A DNA stretch of 64,000 nt, taken from contig NC_073393.1 of NCBI RefSeq assembly GCF_028641065.1, positions 21,638,001 to 21,702,000 on the forward strand, in the 5' to 3' direction. The notes under the pieces were generated by a model that saw only the letters and a list, made by a program, of their open reading frames with translations, did no database searches and was not told where the DNA came from. The stretch comes from Leucoraja erinacea. Taxonomy: Eukaryota. The position numbers were made by a program, and so were the translations under genes. This document shows positions 1-13,347 of the stretch, one piece after another (positions within the stretch are counted from its first letter, which is position 1; each line of letters starts with the position of its first letter).

Positions 1-922
1 GAACTGGCAACGTGTCTGGGTTTGTCTGGACAGTTTACCTAAATGTATAACCAAAGTTAGCGAGGCTTTGGTGAAACTGCGCACTTTGGTCCACTGTTTC
101 ACTTTTAATTGTTTTTAAACTTGAACTGCTGGAACCAAACATGCAAACTTTAAACTGCTTTGAAGTTAACAGAACAAAAGGTTAATCCATATAACTTGTA
201 TAGCGGGATGCTGAATAATTGTTACACAAACCTTGAATCCCAATTAATGCTTTGTGGACTTTTCTCTGCCTTTGTCTCTATATAGATTCTCTTCCCCCCC
301 CCCCCTTCTCCCTCTCTCTGCATGCTTGAACTCACCTAATTTTTCCTCTTCATTTTCCCTTGTGATTCACATTTTTGTCTCCATCTGCACTTCTATTTTA
401 ATCAAATATAATGTTCTACTACTCTGTCTATTCTTTATTCCACCTTCCCTGCTTCTTGGCCATCTATTATTTTTTTTTCTGTCCGTTCCTCAATCCCGTT
501 CATCGGTCTGTGCCACTCTCTTTACCTCTCCCCTTCTGAGTGATCACTGGTTCGAATCTTTACTAAAATCTGTCAAAGGGAAGTGGCTTCAAGTGTTCCC
601 ATGAGAAATGAAGTGAAATTTCTGCTGCTTAATTTAAACTTTGCACTTGAAAGATATTACAGGGGGAAATCAAATTGGAAGTTCAGAACAACTTGTAAAT
701 GAAAAAGTTCAGCAAAAATGATCACTAGCAGTGGGGAGAGAGGTAGGGTTGGTGTTTGTATATAAATTTGGTTTCCGTTTACCACTTTAGGTTATTTTTT
801 TGTATTAATGTCAGACAGAAATTGTAACACTGAGGAGAGTTTGGATTTTGTTTGTTTATGGCTTTAACATGAGAGAACCTTGCTGACAAAGACAAAAATG
901 TGTGTCTCCATATACCAGCTTC

Positions 923-928
923 AATAAA
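923..928 (+). promoter_or_regulatory. Candidate polyadenylation signal of the upstream gene (DYNC1LI2 expected by synteny)
   Basis: AATAAA at the end of an AT/U-rich, repeat-poor stretch, followed by a GT/T-rich tract (gtccttgttttctggtct). Gene identity is inferred only from the human order DYNC1LI2-CMTM4. Confidence 0.35.
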
Positions 929-1619
929 TGTGAATCCACACCCTCTGCTGCACGTCCTTGTTTTCTGGTCTATTAATGAAAGAATGTCACGGAGAATCCA
1001 GTGCACCTAGGAATACTGGTCCCACATCATCTGTGACCATTGCCCACTTGCATGACTGGTTCCCCTGTTGGCACTAGCTGGGAGCTGAAGGATATGGGCA
1101 GGCCTTGCACCCACCTCTACCAAAGAGGAGCATCCTACTGATGCTGGAGGGGAGGGAGACACATTGGATGGAATGCTCCGCGAGAATTGCCACTTTCATT
1201 TCACTGCACATCTCGTATGTGTATGTGACAAATAAACTTGACGACTTGAATAAGCATTATACAAAGGGCAATGTTAATGGAGGGATAAATCACCAGGCCC
1301 AGATAATATACACCAAATTTAAAAAAAAAAAAGCAAAAGAGAAAATTGAGGAGATTATGACTAGCATTGTCCAATTCTTCCTGGTTCCAGAACTGGGGAA
1401 GAGAAAGCAAATGGTTTTAAAGTTACAGAGAGAATGGGGAAGAGATGAATAGGACAAGGTGAAGCTCTCGATTAAGGTGAGGGCAGGATTGCAGTGGGAT
1501 TGTTAAAAATGAAATGGTCATGTTAATGGGGGCAATAGAGAATATGAATGAAATAATATTAAAGCTATAGAAGGAGCAGTTAGAGTGAGAACATATATGT
1601 AAGAGTTTTAAATTCAATG

Positions 1620-1845
1620 TTTGTGGAAGTTGTCAGTGACAGCACATTTTCCATCCCTCAATTGCCCCTGAATTGATGCAAATTTGTGATCAACCAATTT
1701 CCTTCCTTGAAGAACATTGGAGAACGAGATGTTTATTTGCAACAAACCTGCAATTGTAGGATTATCAATTGCTAAGAACTGCATTTTTAAGTTTCCTGGT
1801 ATATTTAATTCCCCAATTTAAGCAAGTTTCAAATTCATCTCATTA
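1620..1845 (-). mobile_element. Old, decayed SINE-like repeat, interrupted by the HE1-like SINE/Tc1 nest (continues ~3746-3800)
   Basis: Resembles the reverse complement of the old repeat at 22670-22830/23160-23248 (ttccatccctcaattgcccct, atttccttccttgaagaac). Confidence 0.4.
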
Positions 1846-1941
1846 GGGCGGCACAGTGTTGCAGCAGTAGAGTTGCTGCCTTACAGCGCCTAAGACCCGG
1901 GTTCAATCCTGATTACGGGTGCTGCCTGTACGGAGTTTATA

Positions 1942-3534
1942 CATTGCACTCAGAAAGTATTCAGACCCCTTCACTTTTTCCACATTTTGTTACGTTACAG
2001 CCTTATTCTAAAATGGATTACATTCAATTTTTTATCATCAATCTAAACACAATACCCCATAATAAAACAAATTTTTTTGCAAAGTAATCAAAAAGAAATA
2101 ACTGAAATATCACATTTACATAATTATTCAGACCCTTTACTATGACATTCACAATTGATCTGGGATGCATCCTATTTCCATTGATTATCCTTGATGTTTC
2201 TACAACTTGATTGGAGTCCACTAGTGGTAAATTAAATTGATTGTACATTATTTGGAAAGGCACGCACCTGTCTATATAAGGTCCCACAGTTGTCAGAGTA
2301 AAAACCCAGCCATGAAGATGAAGGAATTGTCCGGAGACCTCTGAGACAGGATTGTGTCGAGACAAAGATCTGGGGAAGGGTATAAAACAATTTCTGCAGC
2401 ATTGCATGTCCCGAAGAGCACAATGGCCTCCGTCATTCTTAAATGGAAGAACTTTCGATCCACCACTATGAACCACCTTCATAGAGCTGGTCGCCCGGCC
2501 AAACTGAGCAATTGGGGGAGAAGGGCTTTGGTCAGGGACGTACCAAGAGCCCGATGATCACTCTGACAAAGCAGAGTTCTTCTGTGGAGATGGGAGAACC
2601 GTCCAGAAGGACAACTATATCTGCAGCAATCCACCTATCAGGCCTTTATGGTAGAGTGGCCAGACGGAAGACACTTATCCGTAAAAGGCACATGACAGCT
2701 TGTTTGGAGTTTGACAAAAGGCACCTAAATACGATTCTTTGGTCTGATGAAACCAAGATTGAACTCTTTGGCCTAAATGCCAAGCGTCATGTCTGGAGGA
2801 AACCAGGCACCCCTCATCACCTGGCCAATACCATACCTATGGTGAAGCATAGTGGTGGCAGCATCGTACTGTGGGGATGTTTTTCAGTGGCAGGAACTGG
2901 GAGACTAGTCAGGATCGAGGGAAAGATGAACGTAGCAAAGTACAGAGAGATCCTTGATGAAAACCTGCTCCAGAGCATTCAGGACTTCAGACTGGGGCGG
3001 AGATTCACCTTACAACAGGACAATGACCCTAAGCACACAGCCAAGACAACACAGGAGTGGCTTTGTGACAAGTCTGTGAATGTCCTTGAGTGGCCCAGCC
3101 AGAGCCTGGACTTGATCCCGATCGAACATTTCTGGAGGGACCTGAAAATAGCTGTGCATCGACGCTCCCCATCCAATCTGACAGAGCTTGAGAGGATCTG
3201 CAGAGAAGAATGGGAGAAATTTCCCAAATACAGGTGTATCAAGCTTGTTATGTCATACCCAAGAAGACTTGAGGCTGTAATCGTTGCTAAAGGTGCCTCA
3301 ACAAAGTACTGAGTAAAGGGTCTGAATACTTATGTAAATGATATTTCAGTTATTTCTTTTTAATTACTTTGCAAACATTTCTAAACACCTGTTTTTGCTT
3401 TTTTTATTATGGGGTATTGTGTGTAGATTGATGATTATTTTTTTTTTTTTTAATTTAATCCATTTTAGAATAAGGCTGTAAAGTAACAAAATGTGGAAAA
3501 AGTGAAGGTGTCTGAATACTTTCTGAATGCACTG
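1942..3534 (+). mobile_element. Tc1 (DD34E) DNA transposon, IR/DR type, full length, inactive
   Basis: TA duplication at 1940-41 and 3535-36. ~200-bp TIRs (ca(t/g)tgca(c/t)tcagaaagtattcagac) with inner direct repeats at ~2126 and ~3313. Encloses a transposase. Confidence 0.95.
2312..3312 (+). pseudogene. Tc1 transposase pseudogene
   Basis: ATG at 2312 and premature TGA at 2342-44, plus a frameshift. HTH region (GYKTISAALHVPKSTM), GRP motif, WSDETK, QQDNDPKH and DLIPIEH, with 34 residues between the second D and the E. Confidence 0.92.
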
Positions 3535-4269
3535 TACGTTCTCCCTGTAACCGCGTGGGTTTTCTTCGGGCGATCAGGTTTCCTCCCACACTCAAGACAT
3601 GCGGGTTTGAAGGTTAATTGGCTTTGGTAAATTGGCCCTAGTGTGTAGGATAGTGCTGTTGTACAGGGTGATTGCTGGCTGGTGCAGACTCGGTGGGCCG
3701 AAGGGCCTATTTCCGCACTGTATCTCTTGAACTAAACTAAACTCATCTTACTGAAAAAAAAGGTCTAAAGACCTGGATCATTCCCAGTAATAACTGCCAG
3801 ACTGGAAGTATGTGGGTAGCAACAATTTGCATTGATATAGCAGCTTTGATATGGTGAAGTGTCCTACGGTCTGACACATTACAACAATCAGCGATAAAAA
3901 GGAGTATTTAAGGTGCTGTAGTACTGGGATCTGGTATGGGCTGATGAGTGCATGGTTTATGACTTGGATAAACCTGGTGTGGGTAACAAAATAGACAGCA
4001 GGGCTTTTGGTGACTGTTCTATAGTCAGACTGTTATATTAGATGGAATCACAACCACTAAACAAATAGCCAGATATATGGGATCGCAAGGAACTAAAGAT
4101 GCTAGTTTACCAAAAAAAGTACTGGAGTAGCTCTGGCAGCATCTATGGTCTGACGAAGCATCTTGATCCAAAATGTCACCTATCCATGTTTTGCAGAGAA
4201 GCTGCCTGATCTGCTGAGTTACTCCGGTACTTAGTGACTTTGCATTGATTTGACCACAGTCTTTAGCCA

Positions 4270-4700
4270 CCATCGAAAGCATCTACACCAGGCACTGCCT
4301 CAAGAAGGTGGCATCTATCATCAAGGATCCCCACCATCAGAGCCATGACCTCTTCTCACTGCTACCGTCGAGCAGAAGGTACTTGTCGAGCCTGAAGTCC
4401 CACACCACCAGGTTCAGGAACAGTTACTTTACTACAGCCATCAGGTTTTTGAACCGTCCCACACAACCCTAATCCCACCTCAGCAACGGAACACTACGGA
4501 CCACCTCTTGCACTACCATGGACTTTTTTTCCCAATTGTGTATGTTTCACTAATGTCTTGTTTTTTTGCAGTCTTTTCACTGACGTAGAAGATGTGTATA
4601 ATTTGTTTTTGTGTATTTGAGTCTAAGTGCCTGTGATGCTGCTGCAAGCAAGATATTAATTGTATCTTGTGCAGATGACAAAAAACTTAACTTGACTGAA
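4270..4700 (+). mobile_element. Rex1/Babar-like LINE 3' fragment
   Basis: Translates to an IIKDPHH...LFSLLPSSRRY...RFRNSYF-type C-terminus, followed by a tgacaaaaaac tail. Confidence 0.65.
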
Positions 4701-4899
4701 ACTGAACAAAGATGGGCTGGAGTAACTCAGTGGGTCAGGCAGTACCTCTGGAGAAAAAGGATGGGTGGCGTTTCAGGTCAGGGCCTTTCTGCAGACTCAA
4801 TAACCTAGCGTCAGGTGGGCGCCTGATTTTCTTTTGGTCATTGCAGCTTACCACATTAGCTTGTCCCATGGAGCTTAATTCATCAGGTGTTTGAGCTTA

Positions 4900-5262
4900 G
4901 TTTGTCACATGCACCGAGGTACAGTGAAAAGCTATTGTTGTGTGCTAACCAGTCAGTGGAAAGACAATACATGATTACAATCGTGCCATCCAGTGTACAG
5001 ATACAGGGTAAAGTGAATAACTAAAATAACATATAGTGCAAGATAAAGTCCAGTAAAGTCTGATCAAAGATAGTCTGAGGGTCTCCAATGAGGTAGATTG
5101 TAGCTCAGGATCACTCTTGTTGTTGATAAGATGATTAAGTAGCATGATAACAGCTGGGAAGAAACTGCCCCTGTATCTGGACGTGTGCTTTTCACACTTC
5201 TATACCTTTTGCCTGATGGGAGAGAAGAAGAGGGAACAGCCAGGGTGCAACATGTCCCTGAC
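4900..5262 (-). mobile_element. Rex1/Babar-like LINE 3' fragment
   Basis: SLPSGKRYRSVKS on the minus strand. The same 3' UTR recurs many times in the window. Confidence 0.65.
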
Positions 5263-5896
5263 CAATAGACGTATAAAGCATACATTTCTATTTGTCCTAA
5301 GAATGCACAAAATCACACATGGACCATTTTGCAGTAAATATTTTAAGCTATTTAATTATGCTGAGGTTGTACTTCCTAAACTTTAAATGCGCTTTCCCCA
5401 CTTAGATTGTTTACCTGTTTCTGTTTGTGTTTTATATATATAATACACTATTTTTTGTTTGTTTATTATGGGCTTTACAGAGTATTATGTTTACATATCT
5501 GTTGTGCTGCTGCAAGTATTTTGTTCCATTTTGGGACATATGACAATAAAACACTTTTGACACATTGCATTGGCAACATGGGTCACTCCATCCTAAGTCA
5601 CATTTCCTTAAGCCTCTCGAATAAATGAACTTCAGATTGTTGCCTTTTGGGGCTTTGAGTGCTCTGGGTGTACAGGTTGTTTCAATTATTCGACAGGTAA
5701 CAGAGCTCGAGAGGGAGAGACACGTACATACAGAATGGAAACTGATGGAGTCAGACTGGGGAAGAAGAGACAAAGGAAACTGATGGAGAGATGGGAAAAG
5801 AGTGTGAGGTTGTGACTAGGAATAGAGGGAGTGAGGCGAGAGAGAGATTTGGTTTATGGAAGGAATTTGAGTAGGATCGAATGCCAGTGGTGGACA

Positions 5897-6054
5897 GGGA
5901 GGGAGGGAGAGGGCGAGACAGTGATGAGGGGGCGGAGTGAGGGAGAGGGAGAGGGAGGGAGGGAGAGGGCGAGACAGTGATGAGGGGGCGGAGTGAGGGA
6001 GAGAGGGAGGGAGGGAGAGGGCGAGACAGTGATGAGGGGGCGGAGTGAGGGAGA

Positions 6055-6060
<6 letters not shown>
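5897..6060 (+). repeat. Three-copy 52-56 bp tandem repeat in the CMTM4 promoter, each copy with a GC box
   Basis: gggagagggcgagacagtgatgagggggcggagtgaggga occurs three times. GGGGCGGAGT lies at 5929, 5985 and 6037. Confidence 0.9.
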
Positions 6061-6559
<499 letters not shown>

Positions 6560-6806
6560 TAATGTTTGGGACAAAGATCCATCATTTATTTATTTGCCTC
6601 TGTACTCCACATTGTGAGATTTGTAATAGAAAAAAAAATCACATGTGGTTAAGGTGCACATTGTCAGATTTTAATAAAGGTAATTTTTATACATTTTGGT
6701 TTCACCATGTAGAAATGACAGCAGTGTTTATACATAGTCCCCCCCCATTTCAGGGCACCATAATGTTTGGGACACAGCAATGTCATGTAAATGAAAGTAG
6801 TCATGT

Positions 6807-8059
6807 TTAGTATTCTGTTGCATATCCTTTGCATACAATGACTGCTTGAAGTCTGCGATTTATGGACATCACCAGTTGCTGAGTGTCTTCTCTGGTGATG
6901 CTCTGCCAGGCCTGTATTGCAGCCATCTTTAGCTTATGCTTGTTTTGGGGGCTAGTCCCCTTCAGTTTTCCCTTCAACATATAAATGGCATGATAAATTG
7001 GGTTCAGATTGAGTGATTGACTCGGCCAACTGGCCATTTATTAGCTTTGAAAAACTCCTTTGTTGCTTTAGCAGTATCTTTGTGATCATTGTCTTGCTGT
7101 AAAATGAACCGCCGGCCAATGAGTTTTGAGTCATTTGTTTGAACTTGAACAAGATGTGTCTATACACTTCAAATTCATTATGTTACTACCATCAGCAGTT
7201 GTATCATCAATGAAGATAAGTGAGCCAGTACCTTCAGCAGCCATACATGCCCAGGCCATAACACCTCCATCACCATGTTTCACAGATGAGGTGGTATGCT
7301 TTGGATCTTGTTCATTCTCTCCTCCATACTTAGCTCTTGCCATGAAAAAAAAAAAAAAAAATGAAATGATTCAATTTATTGTCATTGTCAGTGTACAGTA
7401 CAGAGACAACGAAATGCATTTTTAGCATCTCCCTTGAAAGGGAGACACAGGGCGTCGCGGTGTGCCCGCGCCTGCCGCCGTAACATTCCATTACAGGCAA
7501 AGGTGGGTGAAGTGTCTTGCCCAAGGACACAACGACAGTATGCACTCCAAGCGGGATTTGAACCGGCTACCTTCCGGTCGCCAGCCGAACTCTTAGCCCA
7601 TTGTGCTATCTGTCGTCGTTAAACACACCATCACTCTGATATGAGTTAATCTTTGTCTCATCTGTCCACAAGACCCTTTTCCAGAACTGTGTTGCTCTTT
7701 TAAGTACTTCTTGGTAAACTGTAACCCGGCCATCCTATTTTTGCGGCTAACCTGTGGTTTGCATCTAGCAGTGTAGCCTCTGTATTTCTGTTCATGAAGT
7801 CTTCTGCGGACAATGGTAATTGACAAATCCACACCTGACTCCTGAAGAGTGCTTCTGATCTGTCGGACAGGTGTTTGGGGGTTTTTCTTTATTATAGAGA
7901 TAATTCTTCTGTCATCAGCTGTGGAGGTCTTCATGGCCTGCCAGTCCCTTTATGTGCAGTGCACTCTTTCTTCTTAATGATGTTCCAAACAGTTGATGTT
8001 GGTAAGCCTAAGGTTTGGCTGACGTCTCTAACAGTTTTATTCTTGTTTCTCAGTCTCAT
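6807..8059 (-). pseudogene. Tc1 transposase pseudogene (frameshifted, SINE-interrupted)
   Basis: Fragments MRLRNKNKTVRDVSQTLGL, STADDRRII, LWTDETKIN, VKHGDGGVMAWAC and WPSQSLNLNPI...RRLQAVIVCKGYATEY occur in shifting frames. Confidence 0.9.
7344..7627 (-). mobile_element. tRNA-derived SINE of a non-HE1 family inserted in the Tc1 transposase
   Basis: Minus-strand A box (tagcacaatggg, 7597-7608) and B box (ggttcaaatcc, 7554-7564), body gtgtccttgggcaagacacttcaccc, tail gacaatgacaataaa. ccat is repeated on both sides. Confidence 0.8.
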
Positions 8060-8656
8060 AATGGCTTCTTTGACTTTCATTGGCACAACTTTAGTTTATG
8101 TTGATAAACAGCAATAAAAGTTTCCAAAGGTGATGGCAAGATTAGGTGCTGAGAGCTCTCTTATACCTGCATTAAGGAGGCAATTAAACACACCTGAGCA
8201 ATTACAAATGCGTGTGATGCCATGTGTCCCAAACATTATGGTGCCCTGATATGGGAGGACACTGTATAAACAGAGCTGCAATTTCTACATAGTGAAACCA
8301 AAATGTATAAAAATACCCTTTAATAAAATCTAACAATATGCACATTAACCACATGGGATTTTTTTCTATTACAAATCTCAAATTGTGTAGTACAGAGGCA
8401 AATAAATAAATGATGGGTCTTTGTCCCAAACAATATGGAGGGCACTGTATGTAGAGACAGATACACACATGAAGGTACTTGCAGTAATACATACAAACAT
8501 ACACATGCAGGTCAAAAACAGTTGCATGCTCGGACACATGGACACCAACATATATGAACGTACTAAACATGTACACATAGACACAGACAAGTTACCCACA
8601 TGCTGTTCCACACATACCCTCATGATCTCCCCCTCCCCCTCCCCCTCCAACACTAA

Positions 8657-8846
8657 AGGGCCTGCCCCACTTGGGCATCATTTGTGTGTCACACAGATGG
8701 CGCGCAAAGATTTTGTACATCCCAAAATCCTAGGGCGCCGCGCACGATCGTGCGTCACGGCCTACGTCACCATGCACCATGCGCACGTAATGCACACCAT
8801 GCGTGCGTCGTGATGCGTAAATTGTGTTGTGTAAATGATGCCCAAG
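8657..8846. mobile_element. PIF/Harbinger-like MITE, right end truncated
   Basis: taa|agggcctgccccacttgggcatcattt ... aaatgatgcccaag. Shares its terminus with the element at 51990; CpG-rich interior. Confidence 0.6.
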
Positions 8847-9159
8847 ACTCGCCACACACAAGTCCACGTCCCTGACACACAATGCAGATACTTGTGCACT
8901 TGAGTCCCAAACACTCCACAAACTCACCAACAACAACCACAGCCACTCCCTCTGGACAAATCCTCCACTTCCTGTTCATACCCCACACCACTCACCCCCC
9001 CTTCACACCGTGTACCACACAGGCAGACACATCCAGAGACACATTCAGATCCCCGTCCCCCACACCCCATTTACACCTGCCCCACACGCTCATCTGCACA
9101 CATAATCCCAATCACACACACACACACACACATTCATATCCACTGCAAATCTCACCCTG

Positions 9160-9480
9160 GTCATTCCCCCTTCCACCCTCTCCCATCAGGCAAAAGGTAC
9201 AGGTGTGAAAATGCACACCTCCGGACAGAGACAGTTTCTTCCCAGTTGTTATCAGACAACTGAACCATCCTATCAATAACTACCTCATTGGACACCCTCA
9301 GACTATCTTTAATCAGACTTTACTGGACTTTATTCCCAATTAAACGTTATTCCCTTTCTCATATATCTGTACACTGTGGATGGCTCGATTGTAATCACGT
9401 ATAGGCTTTCCACTGACTGCTTAGCACACAACTAAACACTTTTTGCTGAAGTTCGGTACACGTGACCATAAATTAAACTA
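9160..9480 (+). mobile_element. Rex1/Babar-like LINE 3' fragment
   Basis: ccctctcccatcaggcaaaaggtacag...cagtttcttcccag motif followed by the shared 3' UTR. Confidence 0.6.
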
Positions 9481-9670
9481 ATAATTCACATCTAATGTTC
9501 AAATATATTCACCCACACTTCTATGGCATACACATGTGCACACATTCAGGAACACATTCACAAGTGCAAACACACACTCAGGGACACACAGGCACATGCA
9601 GGGGAAAGTGAAGTGCTTGCTTAGTGGTCAGTGCAGTATCCAGTGGCAGGGCCTCCACTGTTGGTAACTG

Positions 9671-9977
9671 TGGCACGGTGGTGCAGAGGTAGAGTTGCTG
9701 CCTTACACCACTTGTAGTGCTGTAGATCCAGGCTCGGCTATGGGTGCTGTCTGTATGGAGTTTGTACCTTCTCCCCATGCCCGCGTGGGTTTTCTCCAAG
9801 ATCTTCCTTTCCCCCCACAGGCCAAAGACGTACAGGTTTGTAGGTTAATTGGCTTGGAATAAATGTAGATTGTCCCTAATGCGTATAAGGTAGTGTTAAT
9901 GTGTGGGGGTCTTTGGTCGGTGCGGGCTCGGTGGTCTGAAGGGCCTGTTTCCGCTCTGTATCTCTGAACTAAACTAT
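9671..9977 (+). mobile_element. HE1-like V-SINE
   Basis: tRNA head, V domain (ggagtttgtaccttctcccc...gggttttctcc) and CR1-like tail (gaagggcctgtttccgctctgtatctct). Confidence 0.88.
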
Positions 9978-11064
9978 AATGACCGGAGTATGTCTACAAT
10001 ACTGGGACTGAAGCTGAGCTTTGAGGCAGGTGCGATGAGTTGTAAAGGGGAAGGGATGAGTTGCATTTTTGTGGATGAGCCATGACTGGCAAATACATCC
10101 CTCTCCCTGCTCGAGTGTGGCTTCACAAACCACCCGACCGTGGGGGAAGTGTCCAGACTCTTGTCTCCCTTGCAGTGAAGGGCAGGGAGAAACATTTGCC
10201 CAGTGCTAGGAGTAATAGTGCCGGATGGATGGGCGATGGGCAAAGTATGTGGCTGTGCACCTGGGTAGATAAGAGTCCAGAGTGCTTTGCTATCATATGT
10301 CCCAGATAGAACAATGAAATTCTTACTTGAATTCACACCAGAAAAAGTGAATATAGTGTAGAAATGGAAAGGAGAGTACTTTTCAGTGGCAAAAAACAAA
10401 GTGGTGGTTCAGGGGGTCTGTGTTACAAACTCCCAACTTACAAACACCACTGCATACAAGCTAGCTCCTGCAATATTATTCAATTCAGGTCTAACTTGTG
10501 TACGTGTGTTTGTCCATATGAATGACAAAGTGCTCTCTCTCACCCTCTGCTTCCCTTCTGCTCCCCCCCTTCTCTTTCGCACCCCCTTTCTCTCTCTCTC
10601 TCTCTCCTCTCTCTCCCTCCTCATTGCTCTCACTCCCCTCACTCTCTCGTTCCCCTTCCTCTCTCTCCCTCTTCCTTTCTCTCATTCTCTCTCTCTCACT
10701 CCTTTTACTAATGGTTCTTTCTTATTATCAGTATTATGCAATTCAGCCTGATACTGTGGAGTCATGGTTACGATGATGTTTGTGCTGAGCGGGGCTTTAT
10801 AACTCTTCTTAACTGTTGAGAGTCTCTGCCTCTACCACCCTCTCGGGGAATGTACTCGGGAATCCAACCACCCCCCCTCTGGTGGAAACAAAATCTCTAA
10901 ACCCACACCTCCCTGACCATGCTCTCATCTCACTGCTACCATCGGGAAGAAGGTGCAGGAGCCTGAAAACCGTGACCTCCAGGTTGAGGAACAGCTTTTG
11001 CCAACAATGACCAGGCTCTTGAACACTGCACAACGCTAACTAGAGTATGGATTGCTTTAGACTT

Positions 11065-11360
11065 TGGAGCTGCAGGCCCTTCGACCCACCGAGTCCGTGC
11101 CGACCAGCAATCGTCCCGTATCCCGCACTATCCTAGAGGGATAATTTGCAATACTACCAAAGCTAATTCACCTACAAACCTGTGCGCCTTTTGGAGTGTG
11201 GGAGGAAACCGGAACAGCCGGAGAAAAACCACGGGGTCACAGGGAGACCTTGCCAACTCCATGCCAACCATAGTCAAGCACCCATAGCACCCATAGTCAA
11301 GATCAAACCCAGGTCACTGGCACTGTGAGGAAGCAACTCTACAATGCTCCACTGAGCTGT
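11065..11360 (-). mobile_element. HE1-like V-SINE
   Basis: Reverse complement of the SINE consensus seen across the window. Confidence 0.85.
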
Positions 11361-12142
11361 ACCATTGGACGTACAATGAAAATCTTGCAGCAGTATCACA
11401 GGCACATAGGCTCAGCCAACACACAAAAACATAAGTTATACATAAATTCTAACGACAGAGAAAAGAAAAATATTCTGTAAAAAAACAAGACATTTGTGGA
11501 AATTAATAACCAGAAATCAAGTCCACGGTAGTGGAAGAGGTGCGTAGTGTTCCATTGCTGAGGAGGGATAGGGTTGTCCGGGTTGATTCAAGAACCTAGT
11601 GATTGTACAGCACCCATGGGGCTGACAACAGCCATGGTCAAGATCGAACCCGGTCTCCGTGAGACACAGTGAGGCAGCGATTCTACCGCTGCGCCATCGT
11701 GCTGCCATCCTAGTTGCACTAAGGATCAGTAATTTTGTGTTTATGATATTATCTATTCCTGTTGAATTTACAGGCCTGCAAGTAGTGATTGTACCGTTGT
11801 CAGTATGTATGACAATGAAACACAAAGTAACTCAACATGCTGCCTGACCCACTGAGTTACTGCAACAATTTGTGTCCGAATTTGTAAACCAGCATCCGCA
11901 GTTCCTTGAATCCTGACAATAAAACACTCTTTAGTTTAGTTTATTATTGTCACTTGTACCAAGGTTCAGTGAAAAGCTTTTTTTAATCTTTCCACGTGCT
12001 ATCCAGTCAGCAGAAAGACTGTACATGATTACAACCAAACCGTCCACAGTGTACAGATTCAGGATAAAGGAAATGACGATTAGTGCAAGATAAAAACCGA
12101 TTCATGATTAACCAAGGGGCTTCCATGAGGTAGATTAGAGTT

Positions 12143-12430
12143 TAGAACAAGGGGTCACAGTTTAAGGATAAGGGGGAAATATTTTAGGACTGAGATGAGG
12201 AAAACATTTTTCACACAGAGAGTGGTGAATCTCTGGAATTCTCTGCCACAGAAGGTAGTTGAGGCCAGTTCATTGGCTATATTTAAAAAGGAGTTAGATG
12301 TGGCCCTTGTGGAGAGAAGGCAGGTACAGGATACTGAGTTGGATGATCAGCCATGATCATATTGAATGGCAATGCAGGCTCGAAGGGTCGAATGGCCTAC
12401 TCCTGCACCTATTTTCTATGTTTCTATGTT
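12143..12430 (+). mobile_element. Young CR1 LINE 3' end nested in a Rex1-like fragment (~11930-12830)
   Basis: RTRGHSLRIRG...FFTQRVVNLWNSLP motif and (tttctatg)n tail. Near-identical copies at ~42790 and ~46165. Confidence 0.85.
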
Positions 12431-13347
12431 TACGATCGCTCTCTAGTTGGTGATAGGATGGTTCAGTTGCCTGATAGCTGGGAAGAAACTGTCCCTGAAT
12501 CTAGAGGTGTGCGTTTTCACATCTTGCCTGATTGGAGAGGAGAGATGAGGGAGTGACCAGGGTGAGACTGGTCTTTGATTATATTGGCTGCTCTCCCGAC
12601 GTGTCAATGGCGCAGAGTCTGGTTCGTCTGATGGACTGGGCTATATCCACAACTCTCTGCAATTTCTTGTGGTCTTTGGCAGAGTTGAAGTTGCCCAAAA
12701 CATTATTCCCTTCATCCTGTATCTGTACACTGTGGACAACTCAATTACAATCATGTATAATCTTTCCACTGACTGGATAGCACGCAACAAAAAAGCCAAT
12801 CACTGTAGCTCGGTACACGTGACAATAATAAACAAGGGCGAGTGGTCACGATTGAGGGGCGGTGACCAGACACAGTCATACAGCGTGGAAACTGGCCTTT
12901 CAGCCCAACTTGCCCTCACCGACCAACATGTCCCATCTACCCTAGTCCCACCTGCCTGCATTTGATCCATATCGCCATAAGTTTGTCTTATCTAAATACC
13001 TGTTGTAATGTGTCTTAAATGTTATAATAATACCTGCCTCAACTACCTCCTCCAGCAGCTCGTTCCATACACTCCCCACACTTTGTTAATTAGTTACCCC
13101 ACAAGTTCCTATTAAATCTGCTCACCATAAACCTTTGTCCTTTGGTTCTCGATCCCTCTACTCTGGGCAAGAGACTCTGTGTGCTCACCCAATCTATTTC
13201 TCTCGCAATTTTGTCCCCTTCATTCTCCTGCGCTCACAAGGAATAAAGTCCCAGCTTGCTCAACCTCTCCCTTTCAAGCACTTGAGTCCTGGCAACATCC
13301 TCATAAACCTCTGCACGCTTCCCTGCTTGACAACATCTTTCCTATAA

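Larger units (their letters stand above)
1846..3745 (+). mobile_element. HE1-like V-SINE split by a Tc1 insertion (SINE parts ~1846-1941 and 3535-3745)
   Basis: tRNA-like head with B box (gggttcaatcc). The V-domain text gagtttaTA|cgttctccctg rejoins across the Tc1, and it ends in a (ctaaa)n tail. Confidence 0.9.

Noticed and set aside
254-604. 116-aa hydrophobic ORF
   Set aside because: GTG start in a C/T-rich low-complexity tract; the composition explains the L/F/S bias and there is no recognisable domain.
2512-3312. 266-aa ORF as an active transposase
   Set aside because: The N-terminal DNA-binding region is in another frame with a premature stop, and the SPDLNPIE motif is altered.
6572-6581. 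CAAAGATCC match to the palindromic remnant family
   Set aside because: Part of the Tc1 TIR; no partner arm and no 8-bp TSD.
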